Shown one piece after another: positions 8,315 through 18,411 of a stretch of DNA of 20,000 bases. Position 1 is the first letter of the stretch; every line of letters begins with the position of its first letter. The stretch spans positions 773,066-793,065 of the forward strand of contig CP147780.1 in the NCBI GenBank assembly GCA_037310415.1, given 5' to 3'. The DNA is from Candidatus Atabeyarchaeum deiterrae. Lineage in GTDB: Archaea; Asgardarchaeota; Atabeyarchaeia; Atabeyarchaeales; Atabeyarchaeaceae. Below the pieces are notes generated by a model. That model did not search any database. It was not told where the DNA came from and was given only the letters and a program-made list of their open reading frames with translations. The position numbers and the translations under genes are program-made.

Positions 8315-9385
8315 ATGGTAATGAAGCCAGTAAATCCGGTGGGTTTTGTAGGATGGGGTGGATATGTCCCGCGGTACAGGATTTCGGTCGAAGAGATTGC
8401 CAGAATCTGGGGGAAGGACCCAAGAAGATACAAAGGAGGTCTCCTCGTAGAGGAAAAAGCGGTTGGAGGGCCTGATGAGGATTCGGCAACAATAGCGATC
8501 GAAGCTGCTAGAAACGCTCTACTGAGGTGCGACATCAACGTCGGGAGTATCGGTGCGGTTTTCGTTGGCTCCGAATCAAAACCCTACGCCGTAAAGCCTT
8601 CTGGCACCGTTGTGGCTGAAGCGATAGGCGCCACTCCTATGGTTCTTGCGGCCGATTTTGAGTTTGCGTGCAAGGCTGGAACCGAGGCTATCCAATGTGG
8701 AATGGGACTAGTTGGCTCTGGTATGATTAAGTATGCGCTAGGAATCGGATCAGATGTATCTCAAGGTGCACCCGGAGATGATCTGGAATTTACTGCTGCT
8801 GCTGGCGGCGCTGCCTACGTAATAGGCAGAGCGGGGGAGGAAACAATCGCAGATGTTGAGTGTTCATGTTCATTCGTGACTGATACGCCTGATTTCTGGA
8901 GAAGGCAGGGCCAGCCATACCCAAGACATGGCGAGTCTTTCACAGGACAGCCCGCTTATTTTAGGCATGTGACTTCAGCGGCTAAAACGCTCATGGATGA
9001 ACTTGGCGTTAAGGCGAATGACTACAATTATGCCGTATTTCATCAGCCGAATGGTAAGTTCCCAGTAAGAGCTGCAAACAGCCTTGGTTTTACTATGGAC
9101 AAGATCAAGCCTGGGCTTCTCGTTACTCGAATTGGTAATACTTATTCTGGTTCTTCTCCGTTGGGCCTTGCTGCGACACTTGACATTGCCAAGCCGGGAG
9201 ATAGGATACTTGTTGTGTCCTACGGCTCGGGTGCTGGTAGCGATGCGTTTTCAATAGTGGTGAAGGATGGAATTGAAGAAAAAAAGAAACTGGCTCCATC
9301 GATAAAGGACTACATCGAGAGGAAGTCCAACATAGACTATTCGACTTACATGAAATGGTATAAGATGATTTTGACGCTAACGTAG
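8315..9385 (+). CDS. hydroxymethylglutaryl-CoA synthase, archaeal type
   Basis: [70 protein letters not shown]. Confidence 0.95.
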   Translation: MVMKPVNPVGFVGWGGYVPRYRISVEEIARIWGKDPRRYKGGLLVEEKAVGGPDEDSATIAIEAARNALLRCDINVGSIGAVFVGSESKPYAVKPSGTVVAEAIGATPMVLAADFEFACKAGTEAIQCGMGLVGSGMIKYALGIGSDVSQGAPGDDLEFTAAAGGAAYVIGRAGEETIADVECSCSFVTDTPDFWRRQGQPYPRHGESFTGQPAYFRHVTSAAKTLMDELGVKANDYNYAVFHQPNGKFPVRAANSLGFTMDKIKPGLLVTRIGNTYSGSSPLGLAATLDIAKPGDRILVVSYGSGAGSDAFSIVVKDGIEEKKKLAPSIKDYIERKSNIDYSTYMKWYKMILTLT

Positions 9386-10564
9386 TTGAATAAGGGTGAT
9401 CTTGATTTGAAGAGAGTCGTTGTCATGGGAATCGGAATGACGAAGGTTGATCAACATTTTGAGAAAGGAATTGAGGAGTTGTTTGAAGAGGCTGTAATGA
9501 AAGCTCTGGAAGACGCTGGAAATCCAAGATTAGATCACGTTTACCTGTCGAATGCCTATGCTGATTTAATGTGCGATCAAGCGGATTTAGGGCCAATTCT
9601 ATTGGACTATGCAGGAATGAGGTCTCTCCCAGTCACTCAAGTGACAGGAGCGTGTGGTGCGGGCGGCTGCGCATTTGCAGAAGGTTTCAATGCAGTGGCC
9701 TCAGGTTCTAGGGACATTGTCATGGTGGTAGGAGCAGAGAAAGTAAGTGACGTTGTCACAAAAGATGCAAATGCGATCACTTCTCTATGTGAGAACCAAG
9801 GGTATGAAGCTAGCCAAGGTCTAACGCTAGCGGGGATCAATGCCATGGCTGCTCGTAGCTACATGCAGAAGTATTCTGCCACTCGTGAGCAATTGGCTAT
9901 GTTCGCCGTGCAGATGCATAAGAATGCAGTCAAAAACCCTTATGCCTCTCTCCCGTTCGAAATAACAACGGAGAAAGTGATTGAGTCGTTTCCTGTGGCT
10001 GACCCATTGACTTTCCTTGATTCATCGCCATTGAATGATGGTTCCGCTGCAGTAGTGATGGCCTCGCTAGACACGGCACGCAAGTTTGGCGACGACCTCG
10101 TCGAGGTTTCTGCGGTCGAACAGTCTGTTGACAACGTCAGCATACACGAGCGTGATTCCCTTTTAACCATGAGGTCTACAGTCGAGGCTGCTGAGAAAGC
10201 TTACAAACAGGCGAAGGTGAATCCTACTGAAATCAATGTCTGTGAGATTCACGATGCTTTCACAATTACAGGTTTTATTGCATTGGAGGATTTGTCATTT
10301 GTAGAAAGAGGGAAGGCTGGAATAGCAGTAGAAGACGGGACCATCGCCAAGGATGGAAAGATTCCAACCAACCCAAGTGGCGGATTGAAGGCTCGCGGTA
10401 ACCCAGTAGGAGCCACGGGCGTATATCAAGTTGCCGAAGTTGTCCTCCAGCTCAGAGGAGAAGCTGAGGGAATGCAAGTCGAGGGATCTGAATTGGGGTT
10501 GACGCACAACATTAGCGGCTTTGGCTCAATGGCTACCGTGGGAATACTGAAAAGACTGAAATGA
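9386..10564 (+). CDS. acetyl-CoA C-acetyltransferase (archaeal thiolase)
   Basis: VTGACGAGGCAFAEGFNAVASG, VMVVGAEKVSD, EIHDAFTITGFIALEDL, NPSGGLKARGNPVGATGVYQ; start codon uncertain (TTG at 9386 or slightly downstream). Confidence 0.94.
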   Translation: MNKGDLDLKRVVVMGIGMTKVDQHFEKGIEELFEEAVMKALEDAGNPRLDHVYLSNAYADLMCDQADLGPILLDYAGMRSLPVTQVTGACGAGGCAFAEGFNAVASGSRDIVMVVGAEKVSDVVTKDANAITSLCENQGYEASQGLTLAGINAMAARSYMQKYSATREQLAMFAVQMHKNAVKNPYASLPFEITTEKVIESFPVADPLTFLDSSPLNDGSAAVVMASLDTARKFGDDLVEVSAVEQSVDNVSIHERDSLLTMRSTVEAAEKAYKQAKVNPTEINVCEIHDAFTITGFIALEDLSFVERGKAGIAVEDGTIAKDGKIPTNPSGGLKARGNPVGATGVYQVAEVVLQLRGEAEGMQVEGSELGLTHNISGFGSMATVGILKRLK

Positions 10565-10583
10565 AAGAGGGGTTCGAGAAATA

Positions 10584-10985
10584 ATGAGTTCACCGAGAAT
10601 TTGGAGAGAAATAGTTCAACGCTACAGACTTGAGGGATCTAAGTGCGAAAAGTGTGGAACCGTGACTTTTCCTCCTAGATCAACTTGCCCAAAGTGCAAA
10701 TCGCATAATCTGAATCCATATTCTTTGCCACGGGTGGGTAAGTTACTTACGTTTACAATGATACATTCAGCTCCCACAGGATTTGAGGCAAACGTTCCAT
10801 ATCCGATAGCTTTGATTGAACTCGAGGATGGCACCAAAATAACAGCTCAACTTACTGATTGTGACAGTTCGGAAATAACTATAGGTATGCCTGTAGAAAT
10901 GGCTTTGAGGCGAATAAAGGAAGAAAGTCCTTCGGCGCAAATCGTCTATGGTTATAAGTTCAGACCTTTGGTCAAGAGGAAATAA
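10584..10985 (+). CDS. DUF35 OB-fold / zinc-ribbon protein, partner of thiolase-HMGCS complex
   Basis: CEKCGTVTFPPRSTCPKCKS zinc ribbon followed by OB-like region; located between thiolase and HMG-CoA reductase genes. Confidence 0.93.
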   Translation: MSSPRIWREIVQRYRLEGSKCEKCGTVTFPPRSTCPKCKSHNLNPYSLPRVGKLLTFTMIHSAPTGFEANVPYPIALIELEDGTKITAQLTDCDSSEITIGMPVEMALRRIKEESPSAQIVYGYKFRPLVKRK

Positions 10986-11022
10986 GGTGAGTTGCGTTTA
11001 CAGGTCAGGCTCTAGGTGAGGA

Positions 11023-12306
11023 ATGGGAGTGCTAGAATTGAAAAGTTCACGTATCCCCAACTTTCACAAGTTGGCTATTGATGAAAGATTAAAGATCGTG
11101 AAAACCTCATGTGGTCTCTCTGAGGAAGAGGTCAATATCCTCAAGGATTCGGGCGGTCTCAAGCTAGAAGAGGCTGACAGGATGATCGAGAACTTGGTTG
11201 GAGCATTCTCGATCCCAGTTGGAATTGCTGTTAATTTCTTGATTAATGGGAAAGACTACCTCATTCCCATGGCTATAGAAGAGCCTTCGGTTGTTGCCGC
11301 AGCATCTAATGCTGCGAGGATAGCTAGGGATGGAGGAGGATTTCACGCGACCAGCACGGAGCCAATTATGATAGCTCAAGTTCAATTAGTTGGGGTTGGA
11401 GATCCATTTAGAGCCAAAGTTGCGATCCTTTCGAAGAAAGAAGAGATACTAAAGATTGCCAACGAGCAAGATCCGATGCTAGTAGGTCTGGGTGGGGGTG
11501 CCAAGGATATTGAAGTTAGAGTTCTGGACTCCATAATGGGTCAGATGGTAATTGTCCATATATTGGTTGACACGAAAGACGCAATGGGGGCAAACGTCGT
11601 AAATACGATGGCTGAAGCAGTTTCTCAGCGAATCCGGGAGTTAGCTGGCGGAGGAACGGTCTACCTCAGAATCATCTCCAATCTAGCTGTACACCGAATT
11701 GCAAGAGCCTGGGCTTTGTTCCCATGCGAAGCTGTGGGCGGAGAAGATGCGGTGGAAGGGATATTGTATGCACATGCATTTGCATTAGCTGATCCATACC
11801 GATGCGCGACCCATAACAAAGGTATAATGAATGGCATTGCAGCCGTCGTCCAGGCCACTGGAAACGATACGAGAGCCATTGAGGCGGGGGCTCATACATA
11901 TGCTTCTATTAATGGGAAATACAGCCCACTAACTAGTTGGGAAAGGAACAATAATGGGGATCTTGTTGGAAGCATTGAAGTCCCAGTAGCCGTCGGAACC
12001 ATTGGTGGTGCCACGCGACATCCTCAGGCGAAGGTCAATCTCAAGATTCTTGGAGTGAGAAGCTCTAGGGAGTTGGGAGAAGTCTTAGCTGCGGTCGGAC
12101 TCGCACAGAACTTCGCAGCCATAAGAGCGCTGGCAACCGTAGGGATTCAGAAGGGTCACATGCGCCTACATGCCTGTAACATTGCCGCGATGGCGGGCGC
12201 AAAGGGCGCCTTAATCGACAAGGTGGCGGAAATAATCGTGAAAGAGAAGAAGATACGCGTTGATAGAGCACGTGAAGTTCTAGAGGAATTGACCGTGAGC
12301 AAATAG
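11023..12306 (+). CDS. mvaA: hydroxymethylglutaryl-CoA reductase, class II-like
   Basis: FHKLAIDERLKIV, EADRMIENLVGAFSIPVGIAVNFLINGKDYLIPMAIEEPSVVAAASNAARIARDGGGF, HNKGIMNG, AVGTIGGATRHPQAKVNLKILGV, GLAQNFAAIRALATVGIQKGHM. Confidence 0.93.
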   Translation: MGVLELKSSRIPNFHKLAIDERLKIVKTSCGLSEEEVNILKDSGGLKLEEADRMIENLVGAFSIPVGIAVNFLINGKDYLIPMAIEEPSVVAAASNAARIARDGGGFHATSTEPIMIAQVQLVGVGDPFRAKVAILSKKEEILKIANEQDPMLVGLGGGAKDIEVRVLDSIMGQMVIVHILVDTKDAMGANVVNTMAEAVSQRIRELAGGGTVYLRIISNLAVHRIARAWALFPCEAVGGEDAVEGILYAHAFALADPYRCATHNKGIMNGIAAVVQATGNDTRAIEAGAHTYASINGKYSPLTSWERNNNGDLVGSIEVPVAVGTIGGATRHPQAKVNLKILGVRSSRELGEVLAAVGLAQNFAAIRALATVGIQKGHMRLHACNIAAMAGAKGALIDKVAEIIVKEKKIRVDRAREVLEELTVSK

Positions 12307-12480
12307 GAGCCAGCTTCCTTTCACGCATATGTCTCCAGAGGACAAGGAGAATCTATTTTAGTGTGTTCGAGGAAATAAACTAAGCCTGATGCTGTCTGGA
12401 AAAAGCTCGATTCGAATACCGATTGTTAATTAAGTTCTTCTTCACTTACTGTTGTCTTATATCTTGGTAGAGGAAGCTGA

Positions 12481-14793
12481 TTGATGATGGAGAAGGACAA
12501 TCTTATCGCTTTAGTTCTCTCAGCTCTTTCCAGTCAGACGAGAGTTGATGTACTCAAACTTCTTAGTCGGAAAGGCAATGCTTCATTCACTGAGATAATG
12601 CAATCACTGGGACTCAATATTAGAACTGAAGCAGGGAAGTTTGCCTATCATTTGCGTGAGCTGACCAATGCAGAGCTGGTGGTTGGCTCCTCTAATGAGG
12701 GATACAGTCTGACTTCGCTTGGAGAGAGGGTTGTAGATTTCATCTATCTTCTAGAGGAGACCGCTTTAAAGAGCTCTAAAGAGATGTTTGTGAGGACATC
12801 CAGGTACTCGATAGATACCTTTGACAGAAGAAAAATCGCAAAATCCTTGATAAACGAAGCTGGTGTTCCAGAAGAGACTGCAGAGAATGTGTCAAAGGAA
12901 GTCGAGGAAAGGCTCCTCAAGATGAAAGTCAAGTACCTCACTGCTCCTCTTATCAGGGAGTTTGTTAACGCTATCCTGATTGAAAAAGGAATGGAGGATT
13001 ACAGACATACACTCACTCGACTCGGTCTACCTGTCTACGATGTGACCGAACTAATCGGGAAGCAGTCGAATCTATCCTACAATAGCCCAGAAGTCATTCA
13101 CTCAAGATCTGGCGACGCTGTACTCGAACAATACATGCTCCTTAAAGCACTACCCAGAAGGGTCAGTGACGCGCATCTCTCGGGCTTAATTCATATTCCA
13201 AATGCGAACTACTGGGTGTTAAGACCAAATAGCATTCAACATGACTTAAGACTAGTTCTATCAGGTCTCGGTCGTCAAACGACTATGTTTTCTCCCTACC
13301 TCCAAGGTAAAGTAAAAGACGCAGAATCAGCCGTCTCGAGAATCCTTCATTGTCTCCAGCTGTTTCACTCAAATGTCTCTGGAAACCAGTCGTTAGATCA
13401 CTTCAACGTTATTCTTTCTCCTTTTGTCAACAAATTGCCTCCAGAGGGCCTAAAACGATTAGCCAAGAGATTGATGATCGGGCTCAGAAGCATATCTGGC
13501 TTCAATATAGATATCTGCCATTCTATCACAACGATATTCGAACTTCATACGCCAAGATCGCTGAAGGAAACACCCGCAGTGAGCTCTTCGGGCGAAGTAA
13601 GAGGATCGTATGAAGAATATGAAGAAGCGGCCAAGGATCTCTTATCCGCAGTCATAGATGTTCTAATTGAAGGAGACGATGGCGGTCTCCCCTACTTGTC
13701 GCCCAACCCGATTATTAAGTTGTGTAAGGAGTGTCTTTCAGAAGATCAGATTCTCCCGAAAATACATGCGCTTTCTGAACTATGGGGAACGCCATTCTAC
13801 ATTAATGAGGCGCCCGAATGGCAGACTGAGAGTGTGAACTACGACGGCAACCTTATCAGACTTGACTCAAGATGGATGAGCGACTGGGATCTCGGAACCC
13901 TCAGAACAGGCAACCTAGACTGTGTCTACATCAATCTACCAAGAATAGCATATGAATCCAAAACCGATGACAACTTGTTTTTCGGAGGACTGAACGAAGC
14001 TCTTGAGATTTGCAAGACTGCGCTCGACGCCAAGAGCCAGGTGATTGAAAGCAGGATGTTCAAGGATAATGTCCTCTCAATGCTGGCCCATGAATCAGAA
14101 TCTGAGCCGTACTACAGAAACCAGAATTCAACTAGAGCTATTAGTTACGTAGGCTTGATCGAGGCATCTAGGTATCATACAGGTGCATCAGCAGACGAAC
14201 GGAAAGAAACAAACAAATTCTCCCTAAAAACAGTTGGTTGGATAAAGAAATACGTTGACACGTTGTCAAGAAACACAAACAAAAGGTGGGTGGTCGGCCA
14301 ATCACCGTTCGAATACTACTCAACACGATTAGCTGGGCTCGACATTGAGAGATTTGGGAGAGAAGAGGTTGTTCTCGACAACAAAGATGAGCCGTATTAC
14401 TCTACCGACAATACTTCCAAGAAACCAGAATCGCTATCCCTCGATGAAATGCTAAGCGAAGAGGCTGAATTCCATCGTTTACTTAGTGGAGGACACATGC
14501 TGACAATCGCACTTCCAGATGCGAAAGTCCCAGTTGAAGGCATCCTTGAAGTGACAAAAAGGATAGTAAACAGCTTTGAAGTGGGTATGTACGCATACGC
14601 CAGACCACTTACACACTGCCTCAACTGTCAGACAAACAGCAATAGTGCTCTGCAAAAGTGCAACTCTTGCGGTTCTTCAGGGGCCCAACTGCTTAATTTT
14701 GATAGGCTGAATGGTCCCATGAGAACAGTGAACAGCGTACTATCATCGCAAAAGAACAGACTGTCTCATCAGTGGATTCTGAACATCAAGTAG
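12481..14793 (+). CDS. HTH + ATP-cone + NrdD-like (anaerobic ribonucleotide reductase homolog) protein, apparently without glycyl-radical motif
   Basis: N-terminal winged-helix (SSQTRVDVLKLLSRKGNASFTEIMQSL), ATP-cone-like region (FVRTSRYSIDTFDRRKIAKSLINEAGVP...YRHTLTRLG), NrdD-like body (DAHLSGLIHIPN, GGHMLTIALPDAKVPVEGILEVTKRIVNSFEVGMYAYARPLTHCLNC) and CxxC...CxxC knuckles. Confidence 0.8.
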   Translation: MMMEKDNLIALVLSALSSQTRVDVLKLLSRKGNASFTEIMQSLGLNIRTEAGKFAYHLRELTNAELVVGSSNEGYSLTSLGERVVDFIYLLEETALKSSKEMFVRTSRYSIDTFDRRKIAKSLINEAGVPEETAENVSKEVEERLLKMKVKYLTAPLIREFVNAILIEKGMEDYRHTLTRLGLPVYDVTELIGKQSNLSYNSPEVIHSRSGDAVLEQYMLLKALPRRVSDAHLSGLIHIPNANYWVLRPNSIQHDLRLVLSGLGRQTTMFSPYLQGKVKDAESAVSRILHCLQLFHSNVSGNQSLDHFNVILSPFVNKLPPEGLKRLAKRLMIGLRSISGFNIDICHSITTIFELHTPRSLKETPAVSSSGEVRGSYEEYEEAAKDLLSAVIDVLIEGDDGGLPYLSPNPIIKLCKECLSEDQILPKIHALSELWGTPFYINEAPEWQTESVNYDGNLIRLDSRWMSDWDLGTLRTGNLDCVYINLPRIAYESKTDDNLFFGGLNEALEICKTALDAKSQVIESRMFKDNVLSMLAHESESEPYYRNQNSTRAISYVGLIEASRYHTGASADERKETNKFSLKTVGWIKKYVDTLSRNTNKRWVVGQSPFEYYSTRLAGLDIERFGREEVVLDNKDEPYYSTDNTSKKPESLSLDEMLSEEAEFHRLLSGGHMLTIALPDAKVPVEGILEVTKRIVNSFEVGMYAYARPLTHCLNCQTNSNSALQKCNSCGSSGAQLLNFDRLNGPMRTVNSVLSSQKNRLSHQWILNIK

Positions 14794-14863
14794 ACTAATG
14801 GCTGAATTATCGAGCCAGCTACCAGTTTACTCTGGGGAACTGTTCGTACCTGCATGACGAGTT

Positions 14864-15787
14864 TCATTCTACCGCCCCAAGTACTAACGCCAGCAGAGCC
14901 ATTCTGGTTACAAGTCCGTAGAAAGCTTGCTTGAAATATTTGGCATGAGGCGTCAAATCAACGTCGGCGTCGATCTCATCGACTCGGGGTAGAGGATGCA
15001 ATATGATCATGTTGCTCTTCACGTCTTTCAGTAGATCCGTCGTTATCCTATAGTACCCTCTGACCTTTTCATACTCCCCGAGGTCAGGAAAACGCTCTTT
15101 TTGAATTCGTGTGAGGTAGAGCACGTCAGCCTGTGCCAATACTTCTTTAATGTCAGTGGTCTCCTTGAATTTGATACCGAGCTTCTTCAGATCGCTTGAA
15201 ACCTCTTCCCTGATTCTCAGAGAAGGAGGTGAGACAAATGTGAGGTTCACATCGTATCTTGATAACAAGTATGCAAGGGAGTGCACCGTTCTTCCATATT
15301 TGAGATCTCCGACAAGTGCAATATTCAATCCCTCGACTTTCCCGAGCTCTCTTAAGACCGTATAGAAGTCAAGAAAGGCTTGAGTAGGATGCTCCTCACT
15401 TCCCGAACCAGCATTTATAACAGGTACATTAGAGTAATCAGCTGCTAGGCGGGATGAGCCTTCAAGCGGATGTCTTACAACTAGGACATCAGCGTAGTTT
15501 TCAACGACCCTTACTGTATCAGCTAGGGTTTCGCCCTTTGACATCGACGTAGCGCTGGGTTCTGCGAACCCAATAGTGGCTCCACCTAGTCTATGCATGG
15601 CAGTTTCAAAACTCAATCGGGTTCTCGTACTCGGTTCGAAGAACAAAGTGGCAAGGACTTTTCCTTTTAGGAGGTTTGTTCCTTCCTTCGCTAAAGGCTC
15701 AAGCCTCTGAGCGACTCTAAATATCTGATCGATTTCCTCATGTGAGAAGTCCAGTACTGAGACTACATCTCTACCTTTCAGGGTCAA
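14864..15787 (-). CDS. pyrB: aspartate carbamoyltransferase catalytic subunit
   Basis: FFEPSTRTRLSFETAMHRLGG, HPTQAFLDFYTV, LHPLPRVDEI. Confidence 0.97.
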   Translation of the reverse strand: MTLKGRDVVSVLDFSHEEIDQIFRVAQRLEPLAKEGTNLLKGKVLATLFFEPSTRTRLSFETAMHRLGGATIGFAEPSATSMSKGETLADTVRVVENYADVLVVRHPLEGSSRLAADYSNVPVINAGSGSEEHPTQAFLDFYTVLRELGKVEGLNIALVGDLKYGRTVHSLAYLLSRYDVNLTFVSPPSLRIREEVSSDLKKLGIKFKETTDIKEVLAQADVLYLTRIQKERFPDLGEYEKVRGYYRITTDLLKDVKSNMIILHPLPRVDEIDADVDLTPHAKYFKQAFYGLVTRMALLALVLGAVE

Positions 15788-15956
15788 GTAGTAGCTTCAC
15801 CGCCTCCAACACATAGACAACCATATTAGTCAGTTGTAATTTGTTATTATTAACCATCTACAACCATAATGGCTAATAACAATTCCTAGTTAATCAGGAT
15901 TATAAAGTCGGCAACTGTGGGCATTATCGTTCTAAGGCTGTTGTTGTATCGAGAGT

Positions 15957-16442
15957 GTGTTTGGCATGGAAAATACGTTGAGAGCGCGGAAGATTAAGGA
16001 TGGAACTGTAATAGATCATCTGAATGCTAACACAGCTTTTCATGTGCTAAGACTTCTAGGGTTGCTGGGTGAAACCGAGAATGTCTTAACTGTGCTCATA
16101 AACGTGGAAAGCCAGAAGCTAGGAAGGAAGGACCTTATTAAAATCGAGAATAGAGAACTCAATCCCCGGGAGGCTGATCTAATAAGTGTAATCTCACCTG
16201 ATGCAACGATTAATGTCATCAGGAATTTCACTGTTGTTGAGAAGAAGCGGGTGGGATTACCAAGTATACTTAGAGGTGTAAAGTGTCCAAATCCTACCTG
16301 CATAACAAACACAAATGAACCTGCGCCTGCAGAATTCGCCGTGACAAGGAACAAGGACACGGTTTTTAGGTGTAAATACTGTAATCGAGAATACGATATG
16401 GCTTCCATCAGGAAGGTCATTCTTGAGAAACAGTTCAAGTGA
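15957..16442 (+). CDS. pyrI: aspartate carbamoyltransferase regulatory subunit
   Basis: GTVIDHLNANTAFHVLRLLG, GRKDLIKIENREL, zinc domain CPNPTCITN...FRCKYCNREY. Confidence 0.96.
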   Translation: MFGMENTLRARKIKDGTVIDHLNANTAFHVLRLLGLLGETENVLTVLINVESQKLGRKDLIKIENRELNPREADLISVISPDATINVIRNFTVVEKKRVGLPSILRGVKCPNPTCITNTNEPAPAEFAVTRNKDTVFRCKYCNREYDMASIRKVILEKQFK

Positions 16443-16493
16443 GTCCAAAAAGGCACTAATGAGACAATTTACAACAAGGTGGTTTGTTAAGCC

Positions 16494-16811
16494 ATGAAAG
16501 TCGCTGCGATAGCAGACTCTGATACGATCATTGGGTTAAGACTGGCAGGAGTCAGAGATTCATACCTCGTCGAGAGCCCCCAGCAAGCCGAGGAGATGCT
16601 TCGCAAAGTGCTGCAAGATCAGGATGTTGGGCTCATTATCCTAACGGAAAAGATAGCAGACAAGGTAAGAGACATGATCAATGACTTTACTTCTCAAAGA
16701 ACCTTTCCCGTAATAGTTGAGATCCCTGATAAACGCGGGACAGAACAAGGCAGACGGGATCCACTTAAGGACATAATAAGACGTGCGGTAGGACTGGAGG
16801 TAAAAGTCTAA
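16494..16811 (+). CDS. atpF: A-type/V-type ATP synthase subunit F
   Basis: MKVAAIADSDTIIGLRLAGV...GLIILTEKIADKV...PVIVEIPDKRG typical of archaeal AtpF. Confidence 0.85.
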   Translation: MKVAAIADSDTIIGLRLAGVRDSYLVESPQQAEEMLRKVLQDQDVGLIILTEKIADKVRDMINDFTSQRTFPVIVEIPDKRGTEQGRRDPLKDIIRRAVGLEVKV

Positions 16812-16838
16812 TCTCAAACAGTTGGCAAGAGGTCTAGC

Positions 16839-17549
16839 ATGATGACTGATCCTGAGGCACTAAAGAAACTCGTAGCAAGGGAAGCAGTCAGAGAGGTCAA
16901 TGATGGCGACGTAATCGGTCTTGGCAGCGGGACCACTATCAAGCATTTCATCGAGGAGCTAGCGAAGAGGATCAGAGCTGAGAGAATAAGTGTGTTCGCA
17001 GTCCCAACTTCATACGACACATTGATGCTCGCATCGGAGAACGGAATTCGACTAACTTCACTCGAAGAGCATTCCAGCCTTTCCAAGTGCTTTGACGGAG
17101 CAGACAAAGTAGATAGAAACTTCAATATGATCAAAGGTGGTGGCGGTTGCCACACACGTGAGAAGATCGTCATTTCAGCATCAAAGCTTAGGTCCATACT
17201 CGTGGATCATACCAAACTTATGGATAGGATCACTGGAACGCAGCCTATTCCAGTTGAGATCATACCGTTCTCACACAAGTTTGTGGATAGAAAGCTTAAA
17301 GAAGAAGGCGGGGTCCTGAAACTCAGATACAGCAATTCTTCGAAAATGGGACCAGTTATTGGGGACAACTGCGGCTTTCTTGGTGACGTGAACTTTCCAG
17401 AAGATCTCGATCTAGATTACATAGACAGTCTTCTGAACTCCACTCCTGGGATAATCGAACATGGACTTTTTCTGAGGCTGGCTGACGTAATATATATAGC
17501 GAACGAGAATCGAGTCGAGCTATTGAAAAAGCCAAAGACTAAGGCTTGA
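16839..17549 (+). CDS. rpiA: ribose-5-phosphate isomerase A
   Basis: VIGLGSGTTIKHFIEEL, AVPTSYDTLMLASENGI, FDGADKVD, KGGGGCHTREKI. Confidence 0.95.
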   Translation: MMTDPEALKKLVAREAVREVNDGDVIGLGSGTTIKHFIEELAKRIRAERISVFAVPTSYDTLMLASENGIRLTSLEEHSSLSKCFDGADKVDRNFNMIKGGGGCHTREKIVISASKLRSILVDHTKLMDRITGTQPIPVEIIPFSHKFVDRKLKEEGGVLKLRYSNSSKMGPVIGDNCGFLGDVNFPEDLDLDYIDSLLNSTPGIIEHGLFLRLADVIYIANENRVELLKKPKTKA

Positions 17550-17610
17550 TTGCCTTGGCGCCTTGTCGCTAATCAAAGACCCTTGCGTTTTCTTGGAACT
17601 GGTGCTACGT

Positions 17611-18411
17611 TCATGCTCCTGCCCGTCCAATGAGCCGTTTCAGCCTGTTCAACTCATCCATCATCTCCCTCCTGAGATCAGAGATGCTGGCTGGACCAGA
17701 TGGAGCCGCCTTGGCCGCTGCAGTAACAGATTGTTGCGGAGGTATCTCGAGAGGCTTCGTGGCTGGTGGGACGGAGGGACGTACAGGTGGCTTGGCAAAT
17801 TCATCTTCCTTAGGCGCTTGACGGACAGTCGCAGGTGCTAAGGGTATTTCGGGAAGCCTTGTCGGGGCTTTTGTCACTGCTGGAGGTGCTACTCTTGGAG
17901 TCTGAGTAACGGGCTTCGTTGATACTGGGGCGGAGGCAATTGGTTTCACAGAAATTGCTTTCTTTGAGAGTTCCTTTAATTTATCCAGATATGACTGCCT
18001 GACTTTGTCTATTTCGCCTTCAAGCTTCGTTATTCCGACCTTACTTTTCTTTGAGAGTTCCGAATCGATTTTCGCTAGGCGTTCAGAGTACGTTGACTTG
18101 TACTTCTCAAAAGTCTCTTTAGTTATCGCTCCTTCCTTTAGCGCAGACTCAAGAGACTTCAAGGCACTTTCAGTAGCAGTCTTCTCAACCTTTAATCTGA
18201 CTACATCCTCATCCAGTTTCTCGGTTGGAGGCGCGGTGACCTTCTCAACTCTGACAGGTGCAGGAGCAGTTGTAGGAGCAGCTGGCTTGCGTCTACGGAA
18301 ACGCACAAGAACAACGGCAGCTACAACAGCAACAGCTACAACGATTACGATCATGAAGAGCATTATGTCATCAATGCCTGGTATGATTGAGAGAGGGATC
18401 AACACGTACAC
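17611..18411 (-). CDS. uncharacterised protein: N-terminal transmembrane helix, coiled coil, Pro/Ala-rich linker
   Basis: MLFMIVIVVAVAVVAAVVLVRFRRR hydrophobic segment, heptad-rich EKTATESALKSLESALKEGAITKETFEKYKSTYSERLAKIDSEL, then P/A/T-rich tail. Confidence 0.7.
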   Translation of the reverse strand: MYVLIPLSIIPGIDDIMLFMIVIVVAVAVVAAVVLVRFRRRKPAAPTTAPAPVRVEKVTAPPTEKLDEDVVRLKVEKTATESALKSLESALKEGAITKETFEKYKSTYSERLAKIDSELSKKSKVGITKLEGEIDKVRQSYLDKLKELSKKAISVKPIASAPVSTKPVTQTPRVAPPAVTKAPTRLPEIPLAPATVRQAPKEDEFAKPPVRPSVPPATKPLEIPPQQSVTAAAKAAPSGPASISDLRREMMDELNRLKRLIGRAGA

